Source: an uncultured Nitrososphaerota archaeon (GTDB taxonomy: Archaea > Korarchaeota > Korarchaeia > Korarchaeales > Korarchaeaceae). Taken from it: a DNA stretch of 64,000 nt. The position numbers were made by a program, and so were the translations under genes. Within the stretch, counting starts at the first letter, position 1. Every line of letters starts with the position of its first letter. Below, in pieces: positions 26,128-36,419 of the stretch. The notes below the pieces were generated by a model. It worked only from the letters and a program-made list of their open reading frames with translations. It was not told the origin of the DNA and did no database searches. Location of the stretch: positions 160,001 through 224,000 of the forward strand of contig CAZQNA010000002.1 in the NCBI GenBank assembly GCA_964594835.1, written 5' to 3'.

Positions 26128-27981
26128 ATGCCGAAGTACGCGGTTCACACCCTGGTGGCCCTGAAGGTGGCCGAGGCCCTCCAGAGGGATGGGCGGGAGG
26201 AGGGCGGCGTGATGCTGGAGCACAGGGGCCTCACGGTGGTCGGCGCCATAGGCCCGGACCTCTTCTTCTGGGCCCCGGACTACGAGGTCTGTCAGGTGAT
26301 GTTGGCCATACTGGAGGCCTGGGACGAGGTCAAGGGGCTGTACGACGCCACGATCGGGAAGGTGGAGGAGGCCCTCGAGGCCATCGAGGAGCAGGTCGAG
26401 GACCTCGCCAGGCCGCTTGCGCCGGGTCTAGCGGCCCTGATCGAGCAGATCCTCGAAGAGGCCGAGGAGACCTCGAACCTCTTCGAGCAGACCTTGAGGA
26501 GGGGAGCCCTGGCCCTCGCGCTCGGCGTGGACGACTTGTTGGCCGACCTGGGGGACATGCCCACGGTCACGGCCCGCATCTTCGACGCGTTCAGGCCCCC
26601 GCTGCAGGACGGCAAGGGCGAGGAGGAGTGGTACTGGTTCGACATGCTCCACTACAGATACACGGGCGACTTCGCCAGGGCCCTGCTGGAGAACGCCGAG
26701 ACCCCCGCGGAGAGGGCCTACGCCCTGGGTTACCTCACCCACGTGGCGACCGATGTGGTGGGGCACGGGTACGTCAATCAGATCGTCGGCGGGCCGTACA
26801 GGACGCACGTCCAGAGGCACGTGGTCGTGGAGAACTTCATGGACGCCTGGGCCTTCAGAGAGTACGTCGGCGGAGACATAGCCACAGACCTGGTGGGGTG
26901 GCTGGGCCTGCCGGACCGGCTCCCGGACGACGTGGTGGGCCTCATCTACAAGGCGTTCAAGGATGCCTATGACGGGCGCCCGCACCCGACGCTGATCAAC
27001 AAGAGCCAGGGGGGCTACCTCACCAAGGAAGACATCAGGATCACCTACGAGCTGTTCAAGAGGGTGACCGAGTACCTGGAGGACAGGATCAGGCCCCCCA
27101 AGGAGCCCTTCTCCGCCGTCTTTGACGTGCTGGAGGAGGCGCTCGAGGACTGGATCGACTCCCTGGAGCCTCCCTCTCCGCCGGACACCGGCGGCGGAGG
27201 AACCTGCTCAGTCCTGGACTACCTGTCCTTCGGCCTCACGGAGAAGTCCCGGGAGTGCTACGAGGACCTAGCCGAGAGCATCGGCGACTGGCTCGAGTGG
27301 ATGGGGGAGATGGTGGCCTGGTCCTTCGAGACCATCCACAAGCTGGTAAACCTGCTGACGACGGCCCTGGCATCCCTGCCAGCCATGGCCATCCTCAGCA
27401 TCCTGTACCTGATTCAACTCACCCTCTACAGGCTGCTGATGATGATCAGGGAGGCGCTGGCGCTCCACGGCCTCACGTACCCTCCCAACTCGCTCTTGGA
27501 CACGGCCCACGGCAGGAACCTCGTCACCCCCTACCAGTGCCAGTTCTCGGACGGCCCCTACCCCGCCGTCGAGGGAGACGAGAACTGCCTCCAGTGCCCC
27601 AGGACTGCCTACGAGAATCCCAAGACCCTCCCGTCCTCCTACCCAGAGGACGCGACACCGAAGACCTTCATGGAGGAACTCCCCCTGAACATAGAGGCCC
27701 TGATCTCGTACGCCGTCGCGCAGAGCCCGGAGGACACCAGGAGGCTGTACCTCCCCCCGCCCCCCCTTGCGGCCGCCCCCGGGCAGGCCAAGCCTCACGT
27801 CAGGCCCATGGGAAGCGCCGTCGAGGTGGCTAAGTGGATGATCCAGTCCTGGCGGGAGAGCCCGTACGCCACGGTCAACTGGAACCTGGACTCGGACAGG
27901 GGCTTCGGGTACAAGCAGTGGACGGGCAGCCTCCCGACGAGTCCCCCCGATCACACGGTCGGGGATGAGGCCTATATCTGA
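26128..27981 (+). CDS. Zinc-dependent phospholipase C/P1 nuclease-family protein
   Basis: MPKYAVH, GAIGPDLFF, DMLHY, AYALGYLTHVATDVVGH, RHVVVENFMD metal-ligand pattern. Confidence 0.8.
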   Translation: MPKYAVHTLVALKVAEALQRDGREEGGVMLEHRGLTVVGAIGPDLFFWAPDYEVCQVMLAILEAWDEVKGLYDATIGKVEEALEAIEEQVEDLARPLAPGLAALIEQILEEAEETSNLFEQTLRRGALALALGVDDLLADLGDMPTVTARIFDAFRPPLQDGKGEEEWYWFDMLHYRYTGDFARALLENAETPAERAYALGYLTHVATDVVGHGYVNQIVGGPYRTHVQRHVVVENFMDAWAFREYVGGDIATDLVGWLGLPDRLPDDVVGLIYKAFKDAYDGRPHPTLINKSQGGYLTKEDIRITYELFKRVTEYLEDRIRPPKEPFSAVFDVLEEALEDWIDSLEPPSPPDTGGGGTCSVLDYLSFGLTEKSRECYEDLAESIGDWLEWMGEMVAWSFETIHKLVNLLTTALASLPAMAILSILYLIQLTLYRLLMMIREALALHGLTYPPNSLLDTAHGRNLVTPYQCQFSDGPYPAVEGDENCLQCPRTAYENPKTLPSSYPEDATPKTFMEELPLNIEALISYAVAQSPEDTRRLYLPPPPLAAAPGQAKPHVRPMGSAVEVAKWMIQSWRESPYATVNWNLDSDRGFGYKQWTGSLPTSPPDHTVGDEAYI

Positions 27982-28050
27982 GCCCCTACCTTGATTTGAG
28001 CCGACGCGCTGACTCGGGGGACCGCCGACGGCGGTGCGGGCGCCCCCTCT

Positions 28051-29034
28051 ATGGCGCGCAGGCGCGGGGGGTCTCCCTTGAGGGTAGAGGTTAAGGTAGA
28101 CCCACGGGAGTGGTGGTCGCTCTACGCCCAGAGGGGCCGCGGCCTCGGCTGGACCTCTTGGGGAGAGTACGCGCGCTGGAGGGAGGGGATGGCCACCCTC
28201 CAGATATTCTGGGCAGAGGAAGAGCGGCGGGTCCTCTTGCTTGGAGTCAGGGACGGGAGGAGGCTGGTAGGGGTTGCCAGGCTGGCGGAGGTTCCGGTCA
28301 GGTTTCGCCAGAGGTCGACGTGGCGTGGGGTCGCGGAGAGGCTGGAGCTGCAGGACCTGGCCGCGGAAGACCCCGAGGTCCTCCGGGAGACCCTGCGCTG
28401 GGCCGAGCGGCGGGCCTCCAACGCAGGCCTCCCGCTCGGCGTGTCCTCCTGGGATCCCGTCCAGTGGGAGGTCCTCGAGTCCGAGGGGCTGTCCCCCTAC
28501 GCCCGCTCGGTCCTCCTGGGGTGGGACCCTAGGAGGCCGATCCCGCTCGAGCCCAACCCCAGGGTCGAGGTGAGGCTGGGCAACCGGAGGGACAGGCCGG
28601 CGCTCAGGAAGATCCAGCTCGAGAGCTGGGGATTCTTCATCCCGCCCAGCTTCGACCGGCAGGACGTGCTCGTGGCCGCTCTGGACGGCGAGCCGGTGGG
28701 CAGCGCGTACCTCAACAGGGCGTCGGGGAACGTAGACTTCGGCGTCCACGTCAGGAGGGGCTGGTGGCGGAGGAGGATAGGCACAGCTCTGCTTGAGGCA
28801 TGCAGGCGAAGGTGCCTAGAGCTCGGGCTCCCCAGGATGACCGTGGTCAGAGTGATTCCGCTCACGAAGGTCAGGGAGTCTGACGCTAGGGCGCTCGGGT
28901 TCTACTTGGCCTGCGGCGCGGTCCCACTGAGGGAGGTGAGGGGGTTCAGGAGGAAGGCGAGGAGGCGGGCCCTGAGGGTGGTGAGCCTGAGTGAGGCAAT
29001 CCCCCAGCTCTACCCTGAGTTGGCTGTGATTTGA
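28051..29034 (+). CDS. GNAT-family acetyltransferase (tandem GNAT-like)
   Basis: FGVHVRRGWWRRRIGTALL acetyl-CoA motif A; ALGFY.ACG. Confidence 0.75.
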   Translation: MARRRGGSPLRVEVKVDPREWWSLYAQRGRGLGWTSWGEYARWREGMATLQIFWAEEERRVLLLGVRDGRRLVGVARLAEVPVRFRQRSTWRGVAERLELQDLAAEDPEVLRETLRWAERRASNAGLPLGVSSWDPVQWEVLESEGLSPYARSVLLGWDPRRPIPLEPNPRVEVRLGNRRDRPALRKIQLESWGFFIPPSFDRQDVLVAALDGEPVGSAYLNRASGNVDFGVHVRRGWWRRRIGTALLEACRRRCLELGLPRMTVVRVIPLTKVRESDARALGFYLACGAVPLREVRGFRRKARRRALRVVSLSEAIPQLYPELAVI

Positions 29035-29461
29035 GCCGCCCGAGATCGACCTGAGACGGCTGCTCAGGAGGTCCCGACCCCGGCCCCCTTTGGGCGCTGC
29101 GCAGACCTCGCCCACGCCGGCTCGCTCAACCTTTTTTGGGGGTCGACCGCAGGCGCCCGGCCGCACCGCGTGCCGCGCTTAGTCATGAGACCTCTTTCTC
29201 AGGGGGATTCCATGGATCAAGTGTTTGGATCGCGATCGCGGGACCGCCGGGAGTAAAACTCATTTACAGAGAATCCCAGATGGCCGAGCGCTGTCGAATG
29301 GGTAGGGCCGCGTTCCTCGGAGCCGCGCTGATAGCTCTGCTATCCTTTGCCTCTCAGCCCTAGGCCAAGGTGATCTGGGAGATGCCCGAGGGGTCCGTGG
29401 GGAATACGATCAACGTTTTAACGTCCTGAGTGGAATGGTATGACAGCGACTCCCGGAGGAA

Positions 29462-29860
29462 TTGAGCCGAATGAACAGGAGAGACCTCATGCGAGTTAAG
29501 GAGGCATTGATTCGGAGGGAGGAAGTTCTATTTGCCTACCTATTTGGCTCTGCAGCGGAGCGTAGGGACTCGGGGCTTAGCGATGTGGACATTGCCGTCT
29601 ACTTAAACCCCTCTCTGCCACGCGCCAGGATGCTGGAGATACTGGCAGAGATCGCGAGCGAGCTTGAGCCTGGGCTCAAGGTGGATCTCGTTCTCCTCAA
29701 CACGGCGTCTCCGAGCCTCTCCTTTGAGGCGATAAGGGGGGAGCCAATCGTCGTTAGAGATAAGGGCGCGATGAAGGAGTTCGTCTACAGGACCCTCAAG
29801 GTGTATCACGACAGGAGGTACTACGACCTGAGGTGGGCGAGGACTGTGCTAGCGAGGTGA
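29462..29860 (+). CDS. MNT (MntA-like) antitoxin
   Basis: FAYLFGS..RRDSGLSDVDIAV; VDLVLLN.A. Confidence 0.88.
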   Translation: MSRMNRRDLMRVKEALIRREEVLFAYLFGSAAERRDSGLSDVDIAVYLNPSLPRARMLEILAEIASELEPGLKVDLVLLNTASPSLSFEAIRGEPIVVRDKGAMKEFVYRTLKVYHDRRYYDLRWARTVLAR

Positions 29861-29868
29861 GAGGGGGA

Positions 29869-30306
29869 GTGTACTTCGCCGAGAAGGTGTCCAGAAAGAT
29901 GGCCACCCTCGAGAGGGCATTGAATTACCTCAGGTCTAGGGCTGACATGACCCCCGAGCAGATCGAGGAGAATTACGAACTGAGGAGCGCACTGGAGAGG
30001 AACTTCCAGATCGCGATAGAGGCGGCTCTGGATATAGGAGAGATGATAATCGCCGAGGAGGGGCTGCCCAGGCCGGAGGAATACAGGGGGGTCTTCCTGG
30101 AACTCGGGAGGGCGGGCATCCTACCGAGGGAGTTCGCAGAGAGGATAGCGCCCATGGCTGGCTTCAGAAACTTGCTGGTGCACCAGTACGACGTGGTAGA
30201 CCCAGAGAGGCTGTGCGAGTTCCTGAGAGACAGGCTTCCAGACTTGGAGGACTTCATTAAGTACGTGAGGGCCTACATGAGGAGGAAGGGCGTCACTCCA
30301 TCTTGA
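29869..30306 (+). CDS. HepT-like (DUF86) toxin
   Basis: ERNFQIAIEAALDI; MAGFRNLLVHQY. Confidence 0.9.
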   Translation: MYFAEKVSRKMATLERALNYLRSRADMTPEQIEENYELRSALERNFQIAIEAALDIGEMIIAEEGLPRPEEYRGVFLELGRAGILPREFAERIAPMAGFRNLLVHQYDVVDPERLCEFLRDRLPDLEDFIKYVRAYMRRKGVTPS

Positions 30307-30494
30307 GCGCTTGAGGTCACGTTGCCGACGCTGGATACCTGCGGTGATCCGGGCGCAGAGGAGCCGCGTCCTCTGGCCACCGACTCTAGACGGGGGAGGC
30401 CTCAGGATCGCTAGGATCAACAAGCCTAGGAGCGTGGCGGACATCGAGGAGGGTGTGCTCGCGCTCGATCGGGCCGGACTCTGCAGCAGCTCGT

Positions 30495-30917
30495 CTAGGC
30501 GCCCAGCTCCTCAAGCTGCCTAGCCAGAGTCGAAGCCAGCTCACGTAGAACCCTCACCTTCTCCCGCGCCATTGCGTGCACCCTGGTGGGGTCGACCGTG
30601 GCGTATGCGTGTACTAGGAGATTTCGGAATTTGGCCATGCCTATTCCCTCCTCGACTAACCTGGGGCTGAGCCTGCCTGCCTCGCCCAAAACCCTGAAGA
30701 CGTCTGCATAAGTTTCGGGCGACCTCCTCCCGACCTTAGAGGCGAGCATGTTGGCCAGGTCTATCACAACCTCAATGGCCACCTGGAAGCTCCTCTCAGC
30801 CGCGGCTGGCGCGAATCTATCTTTCAAGAAGTCCTCCAAGCTCATAGCCGATATCTCATCAAGCCTCCTGAGCGCGGACTCCAGCACCCGGATGCGCGCA
30901 TTCACCCTTTCTCCCAC
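30495..30917 (-). CDS. HepT-like (DUF86) toxin
   Basis: ERSFQVAIE; MAKFRNLLVHAY. Confidence 0.9.
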   Translation of the reverse strand: MGERVNARIRVLESALRRLDEISAMSLEDFLKDRFAPAAAERSFQVAIEVVIDLANMLASKVGRRSPETYADVFRVLGEAGRLSPRLVEEGIGMAKFRNLLVHAYATVDPTRVHAMAREKVRVLRELASTLARQLEELGA

Positions 30918-30918
30918 T

Positions 30919-31302
30919 TCAGACCCCCACGTAGGACCTGGCCCTTGCGGTGTGAGGCTCTAGGATTCTCTTGAAGTCAAAGTACTCCCTCAAGGCTCTC
31001 GATCTAAACTCGTGAAAGTCCCACTCGTCTCCGTAGACTAGCACCCCGTCAACGGCTATGAGGCAGGCAAGCACGGGAGGCACCTCTCGCAGGTCCACTA
31101 CGTCGGCGCTTATCCCCCTCCTCTCCAACTCCTCGGCCAGCTCCGACACGTCGCAGTCGCACAGGACGGCCACATCCACGTCGCTCAATTTGGTAGCTTC
31201 TCTCCTGGCCCTAGACCCAAACAGCACGGCCAGCCTGATTCCGTAGCGAGCGGCCAGCTCTTTGATCGCTGCTTTCAAGGCCGCTACCTGAGGGTCGGTC
31301 AT
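30919..31302 (-). CDS. MNT (MntA-like) antitoxin
   Basis: LAVLFGSRAR...SDVDVAV; DVVDL..VPP.L. Confidence 0.88.
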   Translation of the reverse strand: MTDPQVAALKAAIKELAARYGIRLAVLFGSRARREATKLSDVDVAVLCDCDVSELAEELERRGISADVVDLREVPPVLACLIAVDGVLVYGDEWDFHEFRSRALREYFDFKRILEPHTARARSYVGV

Positions 31303-31581
31303 GTTCCCTTCCAACCACCGGGAGGTGGCCCTCAGGGATAATTTAGGATTGTCAGACGGGGCACCTTTAGGACGGTGGCCGCGACGAACACGTCGGCGAA
31401 CCGGAGCCCATCAGCCATCAGGCCTCCCTCCCCGATTGTGTGAAAGAGGCTCTCAGACCTTCTTCAAATCGGGAAGGCAGGGATCGGCTCTGAGGCGGCG
31501 CGCAAGGGCCCCCCCATCTGACTCGCGAGTTCTCTAAGGGCGCTCACTCTTATCTAGGGAGAGCCTCAAAGTCCAACTCAA

Positions 31582-32419
31582 ATGAGATCGGGGATAGAAG
31601 GGGTCAGGAGGTTCTACGATCTGACGGCAGAGAAGGAGGACGCCAGGCTCTTCAGGGACAGGTATCACCGGCTGGAGTTCATCGTCACGATGCGCTACCT
31701 CAAGAAGCACCTCCCGGGCCCAGGAAGGGTCCTCGACTGCGGGTCTGGCTCGGGTCACTACGCGGTTGAGCTGGCGAAGATGGGCTATGAGGTCGTGCTC
31801 TTCGACCTCAGCAGGGAACTCCTCAAGCTGGCGAGGGGCAAGTTCGAGAGGGGGGCTCGTCGACCGCCTCCTCGCGGTAGTTCAGGGATCCTCGACGAAC
31901 CTGGGATGCTTTGAAGACTCTTACTTCGACGCGGCGCTCTGCTTTGGCCCCCTCTACCATCTGATAGAGGAGGGCGATCGAGACAGGACGGTTAGGGAGC
32001 TCTGGCGCGTCTTGAGACCGGGAGGCGTGCTCTTCGTCTCCGCCATCAGCCTTTTCGGCCTATACGGGACGATCGTGGCGGAGTTTCCCTGGGAGCTGAC
32101 CGACGAGAGGCACCAGGAGATGCTGACCCGGGGAATCCACAGGGGAGAGTGGCATGAAGACCCCAAGGTGTTTCCAGACGCCTACTTCTGGAAGCCCCTC
32201 AACCTGAAGGCGTTCATGGAGGAAAGGGGATTCGAGACCATCGAGATGGCCGCCTGCGAGGGAGTGGTCACTCACCTGAGGGAAAGCGTCAACTCGCTGA
32301 GCGAGGAGCAGTGGGAGAGGCTCAAGCAGATAGTCGTCGAGACATCCAACGAGCCCACGATAATAGGCCAAAGCGAGCACTTCCTCTGGATCGGCAGGAA
32401 GCGCCCCATCGAGTCCTGA
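31582..32419 (+). pseudogene. Class I SAM-dependent methyltransferase split by a frameshift at a G6 run (31850-31855)
   Basis: First frame has VLDCGSGSGHYA; second frame continues GLVDR..FDAALCFGPLYHL..RVLRPGG. Confidence 0.8.
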
Positions 32420-32474
32420 GGGCGGGCATTCCGGCCCAAGAGCCAATGCCGAGATGGCCAGCGGATCCGTCAGA

Positions 32475-33761
32475 TTAGCTACCCTCCAGGAACCTCCGCG
32501 CGAACTCTGCGTACACGGCTGCGGACTTCACCAGGTCCTCAACCTCGACGTACTCGTCGGGAGCGTGTGCCGCCTCTGCCAGGCCTGGGCCAAACTGCGC
32601 CGCTGGGATCTCGAGCCAGTTCCTGAGGAACCTGGCGTCGGACGCTCCCGGCATCACGATCCTGATGGGCCGCTCCCCGTAGACCTCCCCGACGACTGCC
32701 TCCAAGAGCCCCAGCTTACCCTCGGCCCCCCTCAGTACGCTCGGCTCGACGAAGAGCTTGACTCCGACCTCGACGGGGCCGACGTTGAGGCTCGATGCCA
32801 GCTCCTCAACGGCCTCGATCACTTCCTCCGGCGTCTGGCCGGGGAGTATCCTGAAGTCCACAGTGGCCTCGCATAGGTCGGGGACGACGTTCTCCTTCTC
32901 TCCTCCCCGGACTATGCTGGGGCAGACGGTGACGCCCGTCATCGCCCTCAGGGCTGCGGACTCCCTTCCCCCGCCTCCGGAGATCGCGGCCCTCAGGATC
33001 CTCCCCCACCCGAGCCTCCGGGCCAGCTGCCTGACGAGCTCCCACCTCGTTATGGGGGGCCTGACGGGCCTCACACTGACCCTGTGAATGTTGGAGAGGA
33101 GCCTGGACATCTTCACGACCGCGTTGTCCCCCATCTCCGGGACGGAGGAGTGGGCGCTCCTCCCCCTCACCCTGACCGACACTACGACGGACCCCTTCTC
33201 CCCCACCACGACGAACTTCCCGAGGGAGCTGGAGCCTGAGGGCTCGCAGACCAGGGCGAAGTCCGCCCTCAGAAGCTCAGGCCTCTCCCTCGCGAGCCAG
33301 GCCATCCCGTACTCGCTGCCCATCTCCTCGTCGGCCGTCGCCGCCAGGACCACCCTCCCCCCGATCCCCGCGTCCGCCAGGGCGGCCATGGCCACGGCCG
33401 AGGCGACCACTCCGCCCTTCATGTCGGTCGCCCCCCGCCCGTAGATCCTGCCGTCCACCAGGTCCCCGCCGAGGGGATCCACGGTCCACCCGCCGCCCGG
33501 AGGCACCGTGTCGAGATGACCGGCCAGCAGGAGGGTCTTCCCGCCGCCCTCGCCCACGCTGGCGATCACGTTGGCCCGCCCCTCCCCCCGAGAGAGGACC
33601 TGGTAGTCGATCCCCACCCGGTCCAGGTACTCGCAGAGGACCTCCGCCGCCCTGACCTCCTCCCCGGGCGGGTTGTAGGTCCTCGCCCTGATCAGCCTGC
33701 GCGTGAGATCAATCAGCTCCCCACGACGCGTCTCGATCAACGACTGAACGTCCACAGCCAA
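32475..33761 (-). CDS. M20 family metallopeptidase/deacylase (ArgE/DapE-like)
   Basis: GHLDTVP, IYGRGATDMKGG, DEE, EP, GRSAHSS, GGEKENVVP, AHAPDE. Confidence 0.9.
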   Translation of the reverse strand: MAVDVQSLIETRRGELIDLTRRLIRARTYNPPGEEVRAAEVLCEYLDRVGIDYQVLSRGEGRANVIASVGEGGGKTLLLAGHLDTVPPGGGWTVDPLGGDLVDGRIYGRGATDMKGGVVASAVAMAALADAGIGGRVVLAATADEEMGSEYGMAWLARERPELLRADFALVCEPSGSSSLGKFVVVGEKGSVVVSVRVRGRSAHSSVPEMGDNAVVKMSRLLSNIHRVSVRPVRPPITRWELVRQLARRLGWGRILRAAISGGGGRESAALRAMTGVTVCPSIVRGGEKENVVPDLCEATVDFRILPGQTPEEVIEAVEELASSLNVGPVEVGVKLFVEPSVLRGAEGKLGLLEAVVGEVYGERPIRIVMPGASDARFLRNWLEIPAAQFGPGLAEAAHAPDEYVEVEDLVKSAAVYAEFARRFLEGS

Positions 33762-33767
33762 CGCGGA

Positions 33768-34508
33768 TTACCCCCTCAGGATCTCGTCGAGGGCGGCGAG
33801 GGCTTCGCTGGCCCCCATCCTCAGCGGCACGTCCACGCGCCTCGACAGGACCGTCTCCTCGGGGTTAACCTCAATAAGCTTGGCTCCGGCGGCCTTGGCG
33901 ATCAGCGGGAGCTGGGCAGCGGGGTGGACGACCGCGCTGGTCCCTATCACGAGCATGGCATCGCACGAGTTCGACAGTTCCACAGCCTCTCTCCAGGCAT
34001 CCTTCGGCAGGGGCTCACCGAACCACACCACGTCCGGCCGGAGCAGCGACCCGCACTCTCTGCACCTAGGCGGGACCTCCTCAGGAGGGGCCTCGAGTTC
34101 CAGCGCCTTGCCGCACCCCGTGCACCTTGCTCGGGTTATCCTCCCGTGGAGTTCCACGACCCTCCTGCTCCCAGCCCTCTGGTGGAGCCCGTCCACGTTC
34201 TGAGTCACGACCCCCGCCAGCCTTCCCTCGGCCTCCCACCTGGCGAGCACCTTGTGGGCTGGCGTGGGCTCCGCGCGGAGCACTAGGTCGATCCTCCAGG
34301 CGTACCACTCCCACACCCTCCTCGGGTCCCTCTTGAATGCCTCGGGGGTGGCGAGCTCCTCCGGCCTGAACCTCTCCCAGAGACCTCCCCTCCCCCTGAA
34401 CGTCGGGACTCCGGCCTCGGCCGATATTCCCGCTCCGGTGAAGGCCACCGCGTTGGATGCCGAGGAGAGCATGTCGGCGGCCCTGCGAAGGTACGGCTCC
34501 GCGGACAC
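33768..34508 (-). CDS. cobB: NAD-dependent protein deacylase (Sir2/CobB)
   Basis: [26 protein letters not shown], CxxC..Cxx[20 protein letters not shown]. Confidence 0.95.
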   Translation of the reverse strand: MSAEPYLRRAADMLSSASNAVAFTGAGISAEAGVPTFRGRGGLWERFRPEELATPEAFKRDPRRVWEWYAWRIDLVLRAEPTPAHKVLARWEAEGRLAGVVTQNVDGLHQRAGSRRVVELHGRITRARCTGCGKALELEAPPEEVPPRCRECGSLLRPDVVWFGEPLPKDAWREAVELSNSCDAMLVIGTSAVVHPAAQLPLIAKAAGAKLIEVNPEETVLSRRVDVPLRMGASEALAALDEILRG

Positions 34509-34556
34509 CGGGCATACCCTGGGTCGTCAGTTATTAGAAATGGGTGCCCGGGGGGG

Positions 34557-35429
34557 TTGGGTGGGCCCTTGATAAGGGTCTGCGTCATAGACGCCTTCAC
34601 CCGGGAGCCCTTCGGGGGAAACAGGGCTGGCGTCGTCTACTGGGCCGACTCCCTCGCCGACGCCATCGTCAGGAGACTTCCCTCCGAGATAGCCAGCTCT
34701 GAGACCGTGTTCGTGTACAGGCCTGTGGGGGGCTCTCCGAGGTTCAGGTTCCTCACCCCGACGGGGGTCGAGGTCGACGCCTGCGGGCACGGCACCGTCG
34801 CGGCGCTCCACGCCCTGCACGAGGTCGGACTGGTTAGGGAGGGCCTGCTGAGGATATCCACCAATGCGGGAGAGCTCGTGGCGAGCGTGGGCGGGGATCC
34901 CACCTACGCCATAAGGATGGCTGAGACGGGGGTCAGGCCCCTGGAGGTGGAGAGGGTCCGTGTGGCCAGGGCCCTCGGCGTCGACCCCTCCGAGGTGGAG
35001 CACTCCCTCCCGATCGCCAGGGTGTCGGTCGGGATACCCTGGCTCATGGTCCCCCTGAGGTCCGTCGAGGCCGTCCTCTCCGCAAGGCCTAAAATGGAGG
35101 ATGTGAGGGCCCTCAGCGTGGACCTGGGATCCGTCGGGATCTACGCCTTCTCCGGCTCTGGAGAGTTCGTCTCCAGGGCCTTCGCTCCGGCCATAGGCGT
35201 GGACGAGGACCCGGTCACGGGCACGGGCGCCGCCTGCCTGGCCGCCTACGCGAACTCCTACATGAGGCTCGAGGCCGTCGAGGTCAGGCAGGGACACGCG
35301 TTCGGCAGGGTGGGGGTCGTAAGGGCCTGGATCGACGAGGGGGGGAGGGCCTGGATAGGGGGAGAGGCTGTGACTGTCGTCAGGGGGGAGCTCGCGGCGG
35401 AGCCCTCGGGCGCAAGGAGGGTGGCCTAG
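34557..35429 (+). CDS. PhzF-family isomerase
   Basis: DAFT..PFGGN.AGVV, SETVF, EVDACGHGT, EDPVTG. Confidence 0.9.
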   Translation: MGGPLIRVCVIDAFTREPFGGNRAGVVYWADSLADAIVRRLPSEIASSETVFVYRPVGGSPRFRFLTPTGVEVDACGHGTVAALHALHEVGLVREGLLRISTNAGELVASVGGDPTYAIRMAETGVRPLEVERVRVARALGVDPSEVEHSLPIARVSVGIPWLMVPLRSVEAVLSARPKMEDVRALSVDLGSVGIYAFSGSGEFVSRAFAPAIGVDEDPVTGTGAACLAAYANSYMRLEAVEVRQGHAFGRVGVVRAWIDEGGRAWIGGEAVTVVRGELAAEPSGARRVA

Positions 35430-35514
35430 GCGCGCCGGACCCAAGCCGCCCCGGCGGCCCCAAAAGGCTTAATCAGGGGGACCCGTCGGCGACGGGAACT
35501 GCGAGGGGAAGATC

Positions 35515-36390
35515 ATGGACAGGAGGAGGGCTGCGGGAGGGGTCGCGGGGATCCTCGGGGTGGCGGCCCTCTGGGGCGGGTCCTTCCCGGCCATGAAGCA
35601 CGCCTTCACGACCTCCGATCCGATGCCGTTCCTGGCCGCCAGGTTCGCCCTGGCCTCTCTCGCGCTCTACGTCGGGCTCAGGCTCTCCGGGAGGAGGCCC
35701 GTGGTGACGGGGTGGACCGTGGCGACTGGCGCCCTGGTCTTCCTCGGCTTCGCCCTCCAGCTGGAGGGCCTCACGGGAACCTCGGCGACGAAGTCGGCGT
35801 TCATAACCGGCCTCAACGCCCCGATGGTTCCACTACTGGAGTTGGCCATCTTTCGGAGGAGGCCGAGCCGGAGGTCGGTCCTGGCGATGCTCATCGGGGT
35901 GCTGGGCCTGTCCCTTCTCACCGGGGCCATCAGGGGGATCCCGCTCTCCAGGGGAGACCTGCTGACCGTCCTCTGCGCCTTCGCCTGGGCGGCCCAGGTG
36001 GTTGCCGTGGATCGCCTGTCTGGCTCGGTGGATCCCGCCAGCCTGGCCCTCGGCCAGGCGCTGCCGACCCTCGGGCTCTCCCTGCTCATGACCCCCCTGC
36101 TCGGGGAGACCTCTCCCCCGACCTCCCCGGCGGCCCTGGCCTCCGCCGCCTACACTGGCCTCTTCTCCACGGCTCTGGCCTTCTCACTCCAGGCCTGGGC
36201 TCAGGCCAGGATACCCCCGGAGGCCGCGGCCCTCGGGCTCCTCGCCGAGCCGGTCTTCGCCTCCGTTTTCTCCTGGGCCCTCCTGGGGGAGTCCCTGACC
36301 CTCGAGCAGTCCCTGGGGGCAGCCCTTATACTGACCTCCATCCCACTCTCCGCCGAACCCGCGGGGCTCGAGGCCGAGTCGCGGGAGTAG
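35515..36390 (+). CDS. DMT/EamA family transporter
   Basis: WGGSF, ARF, SAFITGL, GDLLT, EPVFA; ~10 TM. Confidence 0.9.
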   Translation: MDRRRAAGGVAGILGVAALWGGSFPAMKHAFTTSDPMPFLAARFALASLALYVGLRLSGRRPVVTGWTVATGALVFLGFALQLEGLTGTSATKSAFITGLNAPMVPLLELAIFRRRPSRRSVLAMLIGVLGLSLLTGAIRGIPLSRGDLLTVLCAFAWAAQVVAVDRLSGSVDPASLALGQALPTLGLSLLMTPLLGETSPPTSPAALASAAYTGLFSTALAFSLQAWAQARIPPEAAALGLLAEPVFASVFSWALLGESLTLEQSLGAALILTSIPLSAEPAGLEAESRE

Positions 36391-36419
36391 GGCGCCGGAC
36401 GGAGAGGGTGGTGGGATCG

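Noticed and set aside
29361-29363. In-frame TAG as pyrrolysine readthrough
   Set aside because: The frame closes about 22 codons later and no pyl genes are visible; more likely a gene remnant.
35712-36419. 805-aa ORF suggesting an N-terminally extended ClC
   Set aside because: The extension overlaps the EamA gene in another frame; ATG 36420 is the plausible start.
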